DNA of 64,000 nucleotides. It comes from Pecten maximus. Taxonomy: Eukaryota. Positions within the stretch are counted from its first letter, which is position 1; each line of letters starts with the position of its first letter. The stretch is from assembly GCF_902652985.1 (NCBI RefSeq), contig NC_047023.1:39246001-39310000 (forward strand), in the 5' to 3' direction. Shown here piece by piece: positions 24,485 to 36,919 of this stretch. Made by a program: the position numbers and the translations under genes. A model generated the notes under the pieces. The model saw only the letters and a list, made by a program, of their open reading frames with translations. It was not told the DNA's origin and did no database searches.

Positions 24485-25269
24485 TTATTCCTCAACGGAA
24501 TCGTCATCGCTTTCGTCTACTGGCTTTGGTTGTGCTAAGCTCTTAGCATCCATCAGATACATGCTCCAGTCCTTTCCAGGTTCATATGGTAGGTGTAGAT
24601 GTCTGGCGAAACTGAGGTACCAGAGTACAGAAGAAATGTGTGCACATGCAACAACGTGCCCCTGCAGGACAAATGAGTTCTTTCTCGAGGAAAAGATAAT
24701 ACCGAGCTTTGGATGGTATTACAAGTTTTCCATCCCTTTTTTGCAAACAAAACATTGTGAATGGCTCCCTCCAGCTGAAGGTATTGGAAGTGTAATGCTC
24801 GGAGGTGAATTCAAAGTTGCTGTTGTTGCGTTCTGTTGTTGTTCACTAATATGGCTAACTTTTTGTTTGCTGTTTGTTTGTTTTTATATACTGATGTGTA
24901 ATATAACGGTCTACATTTATTGCAAGTAACACTGTCTTCCTTGATTTCAACGTAAAACTGCTTTGATAGGAATTTGCGGAAATCTCTGTTTGCTACACCA
25001 TGGAGAGATCGTCTATTTCCTGGTTTAGTTCTTTTGGAACATAAGCAACATGGGAATTCTTTCGATGATGGCATCCTGAAATCATGAAACGGATTTTATT
25101 CAATGTATTTAAACACCATGCATGCTGTTGGGTGAAAATTATATCTAAGATAAAGCAAGAATGTACATAAGGGATCATGAATGTTGATATTATACATTAA
25201 TTGGCGATCGTTAATATTTTGAGTATAGCTTGTTCTCTCCTATCTCGCCATGTTGGATAGAGTTTGCCC
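24485..25269 (-). mobile_element. Internally deleted ISL2EU/PIF-Harbinger-related DNA transposon remnant (transposase N- and C-termini fused)
   Basis: Pseudo-CDS 25074-24485: CCLC..CNKC, SPPSITLPIPS..SHSQCFVCK, ICPAGARCC, then SWIM-like CAHISSVLWYLSFARH..DESDDDSVEE*. Terminus GGGCAAACTCTATCCAACATGGCG is followed by AT. Family call is from recalled motifs. Confidence 0.65.
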
Positions 25270-25291
25270 ATGTAAGATAGCTATGTAAGAT

Positions 25292-26933
25292 TATAAGACT
25301 CTATCATATGTGGTTCATGTAGTTTAGGGATATTCCACCCGAGGTGTCACAAAATGTGGTAAAACCCGAGGCTTGCCGAGGGTTTTACCACATTTTGTGA
25401 CCCAGAGGGTGAAATATCCCTATCCTACATGAACCACATATGATTGAGTATTTTTCTCTCATTCCCCAACCTAAAATATGCAAAAATAGGCACTATCTGT
25501 CGATAGCTTTCTCAGATAGACGCCATTTTTTCTCAATCCAAACTTTTTCTCTACTGCATATAATAAAAAAGAACAGCGCCAATCGATTTACCATACCCCA
25601 TATATGCAAACGACGTTTGCTGTTCTACAAACGAAGGAAACCATTCATTTCCACAGTCTAACGTTGTTTCAGCAGCCCTGTCATTGCAAGCAAAGCCAAA
25701 TCACTTGATGTCGGCCAAGCTAGTGTGTCCTTTCGCGTGAAAATATAGTTCCATGTTTTATTAATAAAAAACAATAAAAGAACGTGTTTTTTACATAATT
25801 TATATCATAAATAAAAAAAATTATTATCTGATTACATATCTTAATTCAATGTATTAACCGATGAAATGGTTCCGTTTGCGTCAGCACAGGGGCCTGGAAT
25901 TTGTTTACTCTACTGTAGGGCTACTCATTAACCTTTGTAACTGGAAATTGGGAATTGGCTCTTAAGAGAACAAACATTCGGTAAAAATGACACCCCTCGA
26001 TGTTCATATAAAAATAGATATTTATTTTAATTGTAACACATAGTCTAGTCTTTATTTGTGTAGAGTAACCGGGATAACTAACTGTCATCTTAGCCTTCCA
26101 TTGTTATCGACGGACCTACCTTCATCATTCCATCAAGAAAACCGGTTAAACACATATAATCCTATGTCACAGAAAAGATCGAATACTCGTATCGAGTCAC
26201 TGTTCGCTGGTTCACACATGAAGTTGCCAAAATCACTGTGAATTTAAAACTACCACCCACGAAACATGGCGATCGAGATCGACATCACTCTCAATAGCCT
26301 TGAACTATGAATGGAATTCCAATGACAGTCGTGACGTCATGTAGTGACGTAGTATTTTATAAAAGAATGTGATTTGGCAATAAAAAGTACATTGTGTTCC
26401 GTGAAATGATCAAATATGTCGAGGTGCAAATCAAATTATATGTAAAATTGGAAAACTCATTTCAGAGTTGGATTTTTCAAGTGATTGTTGTTAGAACTAC
26501 TTTTTCTCGGATGTTGACAATTTGATCAAGGCCACGTCGTCAAAAGTCGGTCAAGTTAAAGCAATTTTTATCGGCGAATTTTGCATTCGTTCATCACTTA
26601 ACCACAAAAGGAATGGAATTTGGGTGCAAACTTAGTTTGGCAAAATCGGGTATGATCTTTCAGAATATCATAAGTATTTTTAGTAAAAACCTCAAATAAA
26701 GAACTTAAAAAATTGAACAAAATGGATGGCTGAGGACTCTTTCGCCAGACATTTGGTGGTGATATGAGAGAAAAAGACTCTTCCATTATGTGTGTATGTA
26801 GGATAGGGATATTCCACCCTCGGGATAACAAAATGTGGTAAAACCCTCGGCAAGCCTCGGGTTTCACCACATTTTGTGACCCCTCGGGTGGAATATCCCT
26901 ATCCTACATACACACATATGAAAGAGTCTTATA
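25292..26933. mobile_element. 1.64-kb non-coding element with TIRs of about 175 bp that are each self-palindromic; TA at both ends
   Basis: TATAAGACTCT...AGAGTCTTATA. The left centre CCCGAGGCTTGCCGAGGG is the reverse complement of the right centre CCCTCGGCAAGCCTCGGG. Confidence 0.88.
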
Positions 26934-27041
26934 TTAATACAATCATATTTATTTTCTGAAAGTATGCATTTGTTTGTGGAATGCGCTCAATACTAAAATG
27001 AGAGTCATTGACACGGAAAACCACCAAATATCGCCATATCA

Positions 27042-27949
27042 CTGCTGTCTGTTAAAGAATGGCGGCCTATCGAGGCTTTACTGTCTGTTAAAGGGTGGCG
27101 GTCTATCGAGGTTTTACTGTATGTTAAAGAGTGGCGGTCTATCGAGGTTTTACTGTCTACTAAAGAGTGGCGGTCTATCGAGGTTTTACTGTCTACTAAA
27201 GAGTGGCGGTCTATAGAGGCTTTACTGTCTGTGAAAGAGTTGTGGTCTATCGAGGGTTTACTGTCTGTTAAAGAGTGTCGGTCTATCGAGGGTTTACTGT
27301 CTGTTAAAGAGTGGCGGTCAATCGAGGTTTTACTGTCTGTTAAAAGATGGTGGTCTATCGAGGTGGTACTGTATGTTAAAGAGTGGCGGTCTATAGAGGC
27401 TTTACTGTCTGTGAAAGAGTTGTGGTCTATCGAGGGTTTACTGTCTGTTAAAGAGTGTCGGTCTATCGAGGGTTTACTGTCTGTTAAAGGGTGGCGGTCA
27501 ATCGAGGTTTTACTGTCTGTTAAAGAGTGGCGGTCTATCGAGGGTTTACTGTCTGTTAAAGAGTGGCGGTCTATAGAGGCTTTACTGTCTACTAAAGAGT
27601 GGTGGTCTATCGAGGGTTTACTGTCTGTTAAAGAGTGGGGGTCTATCGAGGTTTTACTGTCTACTAAAGAGTGGCGGTCTATAGAGGCTTTACTGTCTAC
27701 TAAAGAGTGGTGGTCTATCGAGGGTTTACTGTCTGTTAAAGAGTGGCGGTCTATCGAGGGTTTACTGTCTACTAAAGAGTGGTGGTCTATCGAGGGTTTA
27801 CTGTCTGTTAAAGAGTGGCGGTCTATCGAGGGTTTACTGTCTTTGAAAGAGTTGTGGTCTATCGAGGCTTTCCTGTCTGTTAAAGGGTGGCAGTCTATCG
27901 AAGCTTTACTGTCTTTGAAAGAGTCGCGGTCTATCGAGGCTTTACTGTA
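27042..27949. repeat. Second array of the 36-bp satellite (35/36-bp units, about 25 copies)
   Basis: Same consensus and orientation as 1-2289. Confidence 0.96.
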
Positions 27950-28573
27950 GTTGCTATAGGCTTAATTATTACTGACCTGATCGAGTTAAGTTAACGATTT
28001 TCAATTTCATGAATGAGGAATTTACAATATACTTAATCACAAATATGTGTGCATTTAAGCATGATATATGGCGTAGTTCGTATGAAATGTGAATCGGACT
28101 AGAATTAGGGTAATCACCATTAATTACATATATAATTAACTAGATAATTAATTCAATGTTTACTGGACTGTGGCATCGGAGATATTTTGGTAGTTGTGTG
28201 ATCGCCCACAGCGTTATGTTAAAAGGTTAATTCCGAGGACTTATGTTATATGATGCATTTTATGCAAATGTTAAATGTTAGGCAGATCAAATCTTTCGCG
28301 GCTAAAGGTCGCATTCAAATTGTTCATTTCTACACATGATTTCCCCTCTTTTGTATCGTATTGTGTGAGTTTTGAAGAAAGAATAAAATAATATTTAAAC
28401 CAGTTATCTTCACATGATTCTTAAAACTGACAACATCGTCTTATACCAGTATTTTATGAGATAAAATGTTCAATAAATATATAACAATTCGTCCTTCTTA
28501 GACTCGTCAGCGACGTCAGGGCCAAAATAGTGGACATCCAGATAAAAGAAGCTATGACAATATAATTTTTGAA

Positions 28574-28660
28574 TATAAGATAAATACAAGATAAATACAA
28601 GATAAATACAAGATAAATACGAGGTAAATACAAGAGAAATACAAGATAAATACGAGGTAA
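28574..28660. repeat. 11-bp tandem repeat AAATACAAGAT
   Basis: About 7 degenerate units. Confidence 0.85.
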
Positions 28661-28712
28661 ATGAAAAAAAAACCACATAATTTTGATCAAATAAATAATT
28701 TTACATATTTGT

Positions 28713-28879
28713 TACAGTCGAACGTTGTTATCTCGGAGTCATCAGGGTCATGAAACTTCGAGTTATTCGAGTATTCGAAGTAACCAAGTATTTAGAATTT
28801 TTATGGTCGTATTTGTTTTTTTACTTCGATTTAAACAGGGCGTCCAGTTATCAGAGTTCGAGATAGTGAAGTTTGTATT
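28713..28879. mobile_element. Tc1/mariner-type MITE remnant
   Basis: TACAGTCGAACGTTGTTATCTCG at the left end and degenerate complement TTCGAGATAGTGAAGTTTGTA at the right. Confidence 0.6.
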
Positions 28880-29074
28880 TATTTTTATTGGAATATTTGG
28901 AATTCTATTTTGTCTGTATGGGAGGGGAATTTTGAATACTTAGTATAATAACAATATGTATAAGGTATAATAATACGAGGGTCTAAGTGAGTTACACTAG
29001 CTCAACATACGACATTCAACATTCAACATTAAAAAAATTCATATCGTGTGTTTTCCCTAGCCAACCAGGGAACT

Positions 29075-29249
29075 TTTGAATGTTCAGTGGATCGACAAAC
29101 GACATTCAGATTTTGAATGTTCCGTGTCTCAACATACGACATTCAGATTTTGAATGTACCGCGGCTCATCATACGACATTCAGATTTTGAATGTTCCGCG
29201 GCTCGACATACGACATTCAGATTTTGAATGTTCAGCAGCTCGACATACA
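29075..29249. repeat. 37-bp tandem repeat with an internal palindrome (ACATTCA..TGAATGT), about 4.5 copies
   Basis: GACATTCAGATTTTGAATGT at 29101, 29138, 29175 and 29212. Confidence 0.88.
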
Positions 29250-30961
29250 ACTGATGGTGAAGAGTATGTGACTGATGGTGAAGAGTATGTGACTGATGGT
29301 GAAGAGTATGTGACTGATGGTGAAGAGTATGTGACTGATGGTGAAGAGTATGTGACTGATGGTGAAGAGTGTGTGACTGATGGTGACGAGTATGTGACTG
29401 ATGGTGACGAGTATATGACTGTTGGTGACGATTATGTGACTGATGGTGAGGAGTATGTGACTGATGGTGACGAGTATGTGACTGATGGTGACGACTATGT
29501 GACTGATGGTGAAGTGAATGTGACTGATGGTGAAGAGTATATATTTACCATTGTATGGCACTGCCACTATACAACCCTTCCAATTCAGTTGCGAGTTCAC
29601 CAGCTTATGAACTGCCAACTGAAATTTGAATTTGAAAATTTCAAACAAAAAATCGCACGGCAAATAAAAAAACGCAGATGGTAAATATAAGCATTGAACG
29701 GCTTTCAGTTGGCATTCATAGTCAATATGAATGCCAACTGGACAGAGGTAAATTCAACATGAGAAAGCCGTTCAATGCTTAAGTGACTGATGGTGAAGAG
29801 TATGTGACTGATAATGACGGGTATGTGACTGATGGTGACGAGTATGTGACTAATAGTGAAGAGTATGTGACTGATGGCGAAGAGTATGTGACTAATGGTG
29901 ACGAGTATGTGACTGATGGTGACGAGTATGTGACTGATGGTGACGAGTATGTGACTAATGGTGACGAGTATGTGACTGATGGTGACGAGTATTTGACTGA
30001 TGGTGAAGAGTATGTGACTGATAGTGAAGAGTATATGAATGATGGTGACGAGTATGTGACTGATGGTGAAGAGTATGTGACTGATGGTGACGAGTATGTG
30101 ACTGATGGTGACGAGTATGTGACTAATAGTGAAGAGTATGTGAATGATAGTGAAGAGTATGTGACTGATGGTGACGAGTATGTGACTGATGTTGACGAGT
30201 ATGTGACTAATAGTGAAGAGTATGTGACTGATGGTGACGAGTATGTGACTGATGGTGACGAGTATGTGACTAATAGTGAAGAGTATGTGAATGATAGTGA
30301 AGAGTATGTGACTGATGGTGACGAGTATGTGACTGATGGTGACGAGTATGTGACTAATAGTGAAGAGTATGTAACTAATAGTGAAGAGTATGTGACTGAT
30401 GGTGACGAGTATGTGACTAATAGTGAAGAGTATGTGACTGATGGTGAGGAGTATGTGACTAATAGTGAAGAGTATGTGACTAATAGTGAAGAGTATGTGA
30501 CTGATGGTGACGAGTATGTGACTAATAGTGAAGAGTATGTGACTGATGGTGAGGAGTATGTGACTAATAGTGAAGAGTATGTGACTGATGGTGACGAGTA
30601 TGTGACTGATGGTGACGAGTATGTGACTAATAGTGAAGAGTATGTGACTAATAGTGAAGAGTATGTGAATGAAAGTGAAGAGTATGTGACTGATTGTGAC
30701 GAGTATGTGACTGATGGTGACGAGTATGTGACTAATAGTGAAGAGTATGTGAATGATAGTGACGAGTATGTGAGTGATGGTGAAGAGTATGTGACTAATA
30801 GTGAAGAGTATATGACTGATGATGACGAGTATGTGACTGATGGTGACGAGTATGTGACTGATGGTGACGAGTATGTGACTAATAGTGACGAGTATGTGAC
30901 TGATGGTGAAGAGTATGTGACTAATAGTGACGAGTATGTGACTAATAGTGAAGAGTATGTG
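29250..30961. repeat. 21-bp minisatellite ACTGATGGTGA(A/C)GAGTATGTG (about 70 copies), split by a 242-bp insertion
   Basis: Direct periodicity; source of the TDGEEYV and TYSSPSV pseudo-ORFs. Confidence 0.96.
29541..29782. mobile_element. 242-bp double-hairpin insertion without TSD
   Basis: Removing it restores GAGTAT|GTGACT exactly. IR-A is ATATTTACCAT/ATGGTAAATAT and IR-B is TAAGCATTGAACGGCTTTC/GAAAGCCGTTCAATGCTTA. Confidence 0.85.
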
Positions 30962-31177
30962 CTGTCCTTGATTTTAACGAAGGCATTCCTTAAGATTTGA
31001 AAGTTCAAAGTTAATCAAAAGCTCTTGAAATTCTCCGAAATCAACTTTTCGTAAATTCCATTCATATACAATATCACACTTTAACTGATACATTTACTTA
31101 AGCTAGTAAGATGTTTCGATAAACTCATAGTTGAGCGAGTTCCCGAGCGATTAATTACTGTATATATTATTAATTAA

Positions 31178-34100
31178 GTTAAGTCTACATCTCTATCATT
31201 AAAACGGTACTTGGTAAAGTCCACACCTCTATCATAAAACGGTACTTAGTAAAGTCCACATCTCTCTATCATAAAACGGTACTTAGTAAAGTCCACATCC
31301 CTATCATAAAACGGTACTTAGTAAAGTCCACATCCCTATCATTAAACGGTACTTAGTAAAGTCTACATCACTATCATAGTACTTAGTAAAGTCCACATCA
31401 CTATCATAGTACTTAGTAAAGTCTACATCCCTATCATAAAACGGTACTTAGTAAAGTCCACATCCCTATCATAAAACGGTACTTAGTAAAGTCCACATCC
31501 CTATCATTAAACGGTACTTAGTAAAGTCTACATCACTATCATAGTACTTAGTAAAGTCCACATCCCTATCATAAAACGGTACTTAGTAAAGTCCACATCC
31601 CTATCATTAAACGGTACTTAGTAAAGTCCACATCCCTATCATTAAACGGTACTTAGTAAAGTCTACATCACTATCATAGTACTTAGTAAAGTCCACATCA
31701 CTATCATAGTACTTAGTAAAGTCTACATCCCTATCATAAAACGGTACTTAGTAAAGTCCACATCCCTATCATAAAACGGTACTTAGTAAAGTCCACATCC
31801 CTATCATATAACAGTACTTAGTAAAGTCCACATCCCTATCATAAAACGGTACACATCCCTATCATAAAACGGTACTGAGTAAAGTCCACATCCCTTTCAT
31901 TAAACGGTACTTAGTAAAGTCCACATCCCTATCATAAAACGGTACTTAGTAAAGTCCACATCCCTATCATTAAATGGTACTTAGTAAAGTCCACATCCCT
32001 ATCATAAAACGGTACACATCCCTATCATAAAACGGTACTTAGTAAAGTCCACATCTCTATCATAAAACGGTACTTAGTAAAGTCCACATCCCTATCATTA
32101 AATGGTACTTAGTAAAGTCCACATCCCTATCATAAAACGGTACACATCCCTATCATAAAACGGTACTTAGTAAAGTCCACATCTCTCTATCATAAAACGG
32201 TACTTAGTAAAGTCCACATCCCTATCATAAAACGGTACTTAGTAAAGTCCACATCACTATCATTAAACGGTACTTAGTGAAGTCTACATCCCTATCATAA
32301 AACGGTACACATCCCTATCATAAAACGGTACTTAGTAAAGTCCACATCCCTATCATTAAACGATACTTAGTAAAGTCTACATCCCTATCATAAAACGGTA
32401 CTTAGTAAAGTCAACACCTCTATCATAAAACGGTACTTAGTAAAGTCCACATCCCTTTCATAAAACGGTACTTAAAAAAGTCCACATCCCTATCATAAAA
32501 CGGTACTTAGTAAAGTCCACATCCCTATCATTAAACGGTACTTAGTTAAGTCCACATCTCTATCATTAAACGGTATTTAGTATGGTCTACATCCCTATCA
32601 TAAAACGGTACTTAGTAAAGTCAACACCTCTATCATAAAACGGTACTTAGTAAAGTCCACATCCCTTTCATAAAACGGTACTTAAAAAAGTCCACATCCC
32701 TATCATAAAACGGTACTTAGTAAAGTCCACATCCCTATCATTAAACGGTACTTAGTTAAGTCCACATCTCTATCATTAAACGGTATTTAGTATGGTCTAC
32801 ATCCCTATCATTAAACGGTACTTAGTAAAGTCCACATCCCTATCATTAAACGGTACTCAGTAAAGTCTACACCCCTATCATATAACGGTACTTAGTAAAG
32901 TCCACATCCCTATAATTAAATGGTACTTAGTAAAGTCTACATTACTATTATAAAACGGTACTTAGTAAAGTCCACATCCCTATCATTAAACGGTACTTAG
33001 TAAAGTCCACATCCCTATCATAAAACAGTACTCAGTAAAGTCCACATACCTATCATAAAACGGTACTTAGTTAAGTCCATATCCCTATCATAAAACAGTA
33101 CTTAGTAAAGTCTACATCACTAATATAGTACTTAGTAAAGTCCACATCCCTATCATTAAACGGTACTTAGTAAAGTCCACATCTCTATCATTAAATGGTA
33201 CTTAGTGAAGTCCACATCTCTATCATTAAACGGTACTTAGTAAAGTCCACATCCCTATCATAAAACGGTACTTAGTAAAGTCCACATCACTATCATTAAA
33301 CGGTACTTAGTAAAGTCCACATCCCTATCATTAAACGATACTTAGTAAAGTCTACATCACTATCATAGTACTTAGTAAAGTCTACATCCCTATCATCAAA
33401 ACGGTACTTAGTAAAGTCCACATCCCTATCAATAAACGGTACTTAGTAAAGTCCACATCCCTATCATTAAACGGTACTTAGTAAAGTCCACATCCCTATC
33501 ATAAAACGGTACTTAGTAAAGTCCACATCCCTATCATTAAACGGTACTTAGTAAAGTCTACATTACTATTATAAAACGGTACTTAGTAAAGTCCACATCC
33601 CTATCATTAAACGGTACTTAGTAAAGTCCACATCCCTATCATTAAAATGGTACTTAGTAAAGTCCACATCACTATCATAAACGGTACTTAGTAAAGTCCA
33701 CATCCCTATCATATAAACGGTACTTAGTAAAGTCCACATCCCTATCAATAAACAGTAATTAGTAAAGTCCACATCCCTATCAATAAACAGTAATTAGTAA
33801 AGTCCACATCCCTATCATAAAACGGTACTTAGTAAAGTCCACATCCCTATCAATAAACGGTACTTAGTAAAGTCCACATCACTATAATTAAACGGTACTT
33901 AGTAAAGTCCACATCTCTATCATTAAACGGTACTTAGTAAAGTCTACATCACTATCATAGTACTTAGTAAAGTCCACATCCCTATCATTAAACGGTACTT
34001 AGTAAAGTCCACATCCCTATCAATAAACGGTACTTAGTAAAGTCCACATCACTATCATAAAACGGTACTTAGTAAAGTCTACATCCCTATCATTAAAACG

Positions 34101-36541
34101 GTACTTAGTAAAGTCCACATCCCTATCAATAAACGGTACTTAGTAAAGTCCACATCACTATAATTAAACGGTACTTAGTAAAGTCTACATCTCTATCATT
34201 AAACGGTACTTAGTAAAGTCTACATCACTATCATAGTACTTAGTAAAGTCCAAATCACTATCATTAAACGGTACTTAGTAAAGTCCACATCTCTATCATA
34301 AAACGGTTCTTAGTGAAGTCCACATCTCTATCATTAAACGGTACTTAGTAAAGTCTACATCACTATCATAGTACTTAGTGAAGTCCACATCACTATCATA
34401 GTACTTAGTAAAGTCCACATCCCTATCATAAAAACAGTACTTAGTAAAGTCCACATCCCTATTATTAAATGGTACTTAGTAAAGTCTACATCACTATCAT
34501 AGTACTTAGTAAAGTCCACATCTCTATCATTAAACGGTACTTAGTAAAGTCTACATCACTATCATAGTACTTAGTGAAGTCCACATCTCTATCATAAAAC
34601 GGTACTTAGTAAAGTCCACATCCCTATTATTAAATGTACTTAGTAAAGTCTACATCACTATCATAGTACTTAGTGAAGTCCACATCTCTATCATAAAACG
34701 GTACTTAGTGAAGTCCACATCTCTATCATTAAACGGTACTTAGTAAAGTCCACATCCCTATCATAAACGATACTTAGTAAAGTCCACATCCCTATTATTA
34801 AACGGTACTTAGTAAAGTCCACATCCCTATCATTAAACGGTACTTAGTGAAGTCTACATCACTATCATAGTACTTAGTAAAGTCTACATCCCTACCATAA
34901 AACGGTACTTAGTAAAGTCCACATCCCTATCATAAAACGGTACTTAGTAAAGTCCACATCCCTATCATAAACGGTACTTAGTAAAGTCTACATCCCTACC
35001 ATAAAACGGTACTTAGTAAAGTCCACATCCCTATCATATAACGGTACTTAGTAAAGTCTACATCCCTATCATAAAACGGTACTTAGTAAAGTCCAAATCA
35101 CTATCATAAAACGGTACTTAGTAAAGTCCACATCACTATCATATAACGGTACTTAGTAAAGTCCACATCCCTATCATAAAACGGTACTTAGTAAAGTCTA
35201 CATCCCTATCATATAACGGTACTTAGTAAAGTCCACACCCCTAATCATTAAACGGTACTTAGTAAAGTCCACATCCCTATCATAAAACGGTACTTAGTAA
35301 AGTCCACATCACTATCATCAAACGGTACTCAGTAAAGTCTACATCCCTATCATAAAACGGTACTTAGTAAAGTCCACATCACTATCATTAAACGGTACTC
35401 AGTAAAGTCTACATCCCTATCATTAAACGGTACTTAGTAAAGTCCACATCCCTATCATTAAACGGTACTTAGTAAAGTCCACATCCCTATCATTAAACGG
35501 TACTTGGTAAAGTCCACATCCCTATCATTAAACGGTACTTAGTAAAGTCCACATCCCTATCATTAAGCGGTACTTGGTAAAGTCCACATCCCTATCATTA
35601 AACGGTACTTAGTAAAGTCCACATCCCTATCATTAAACGGTACTCAGTAAAGTCTACATCCCTATCATATAACGGTACTTAGTAAAGTCCACATCTCTAT
35701 CATAAAACGGTACTTAGTAAAGTCTACATCACTATCATAGTACTTAGTAAAGTCTACATCTCTATTATTAAACGGTACTTAGTAAAGTCCACATCCCTAT
35801 CATAAAACGGTACTTAGTAAAGTCCACATCCCTATCATATAACGGTACTTAGTAAAGTCTACATCCCTATCATATAACGGTACTTAGTAAAGTCCACATC
35901 CCTATCATAAAACGGTACTTAGTAAAGTCTACATCACTATCATTAAACGGTACTCAGTAAAGTCTACATCCCTATCATAAACGGTACTTAGTAAAGTCTA
36001 CATCACTATCATTAAACGGTACTCAGTAAAGTCTACATCCCTATCATAAAACGGTACTTAGTAAAGTCCACATCCCTATCATTAAACGGTACTCAGTAAA
36101 GTCTACACCCCTATCATATAACGGTACTTAGTAAAGTCTACATCACTATAATAGTACTTAGTAAAGTCCACATCCCTATAATTAAATGGTACTTAGTAAA
36201 GTCTACATTACTATTATAAAACGGTACTTAGTAAAGTCCACATCCCTATCATAAAACGGTACTTAGTTAAGTCCACATCCCTATCATAAAACGGTACTCA
36301 GTAAAGCCTACACCCCTATCATATAACGGTACTTAGTAAAGTCCACATCCCTATAATTAAATGGTACTTAGTAAAGTCTACATTACTATTATAAAACGGT
36401 ACTCAGTAAAGTCCACATCCCTATCATAAAACGGTACTTAGTAAAGTCCACATCCCTATCATAAAACGGTACTTAGGTAAAGCCCACATCCCTATCATAT
36501 AACAGTACTTAGTAAAGTCCACATCCCTATCATAAAACGGT
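31178..36541. repeat. 35-bp satellite ACTTAGTAAAGTCCACATCCCTATCAT(A/T)AAACGGT, about 155 copies, with 30- and 21-bp deletion variants
   Basis: Direct periodicity over 5.36 kb. Confidence 0.98.
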
Positions 36542-36919
36542 TCCTTCGTTCTAGCAATTATCCTTTCGTTTCACCAACATCAATTTATTTATATACATAT
36601 ACAATATATTTACCCATACAGAGAACATTCAATACTGTTGAAAACGTTAGCTTTTATCAGTTTAGGTGTTCAAAGCTTCTAATGAGATATTCTATCTAGC
36701 GAGGAAACCGTCTGTAATTCTTGTCAGTATTGAGTATACTGTCCGTTTTTTTCCACATTTAGTACGACCAATTTTAAAAGGTTTCATCTGTACCAGAGAG
36801 TCATTTTTATATAAAAATATATACTGCCAAAGCTTCGTGTACAGTGTGTTGTCATTATGGACGATCCTAGTCAAGCTCTATATTCCAATAAGGATGAAGT
36901 AACAACCCACTTAGGGAAT

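Noticed and set aside
29154-31008. Acidic TDGEEYV repeat ORF resembling a shell-matrix or biomineralisation protein
   Set aside because: Open on both strands, no signal peptide or ATG start for the long ORF, variation mostly non-synonymous, and interrupted by a mobile insertion. Not fully excluded without RNA data.
31178-36541. CRISPR-like 35-bp repeats (also the 74-bp palindromic array)
   Set aside because: Head-to-tail units with no unique spacers, no cas genes, and eukaryotic context.
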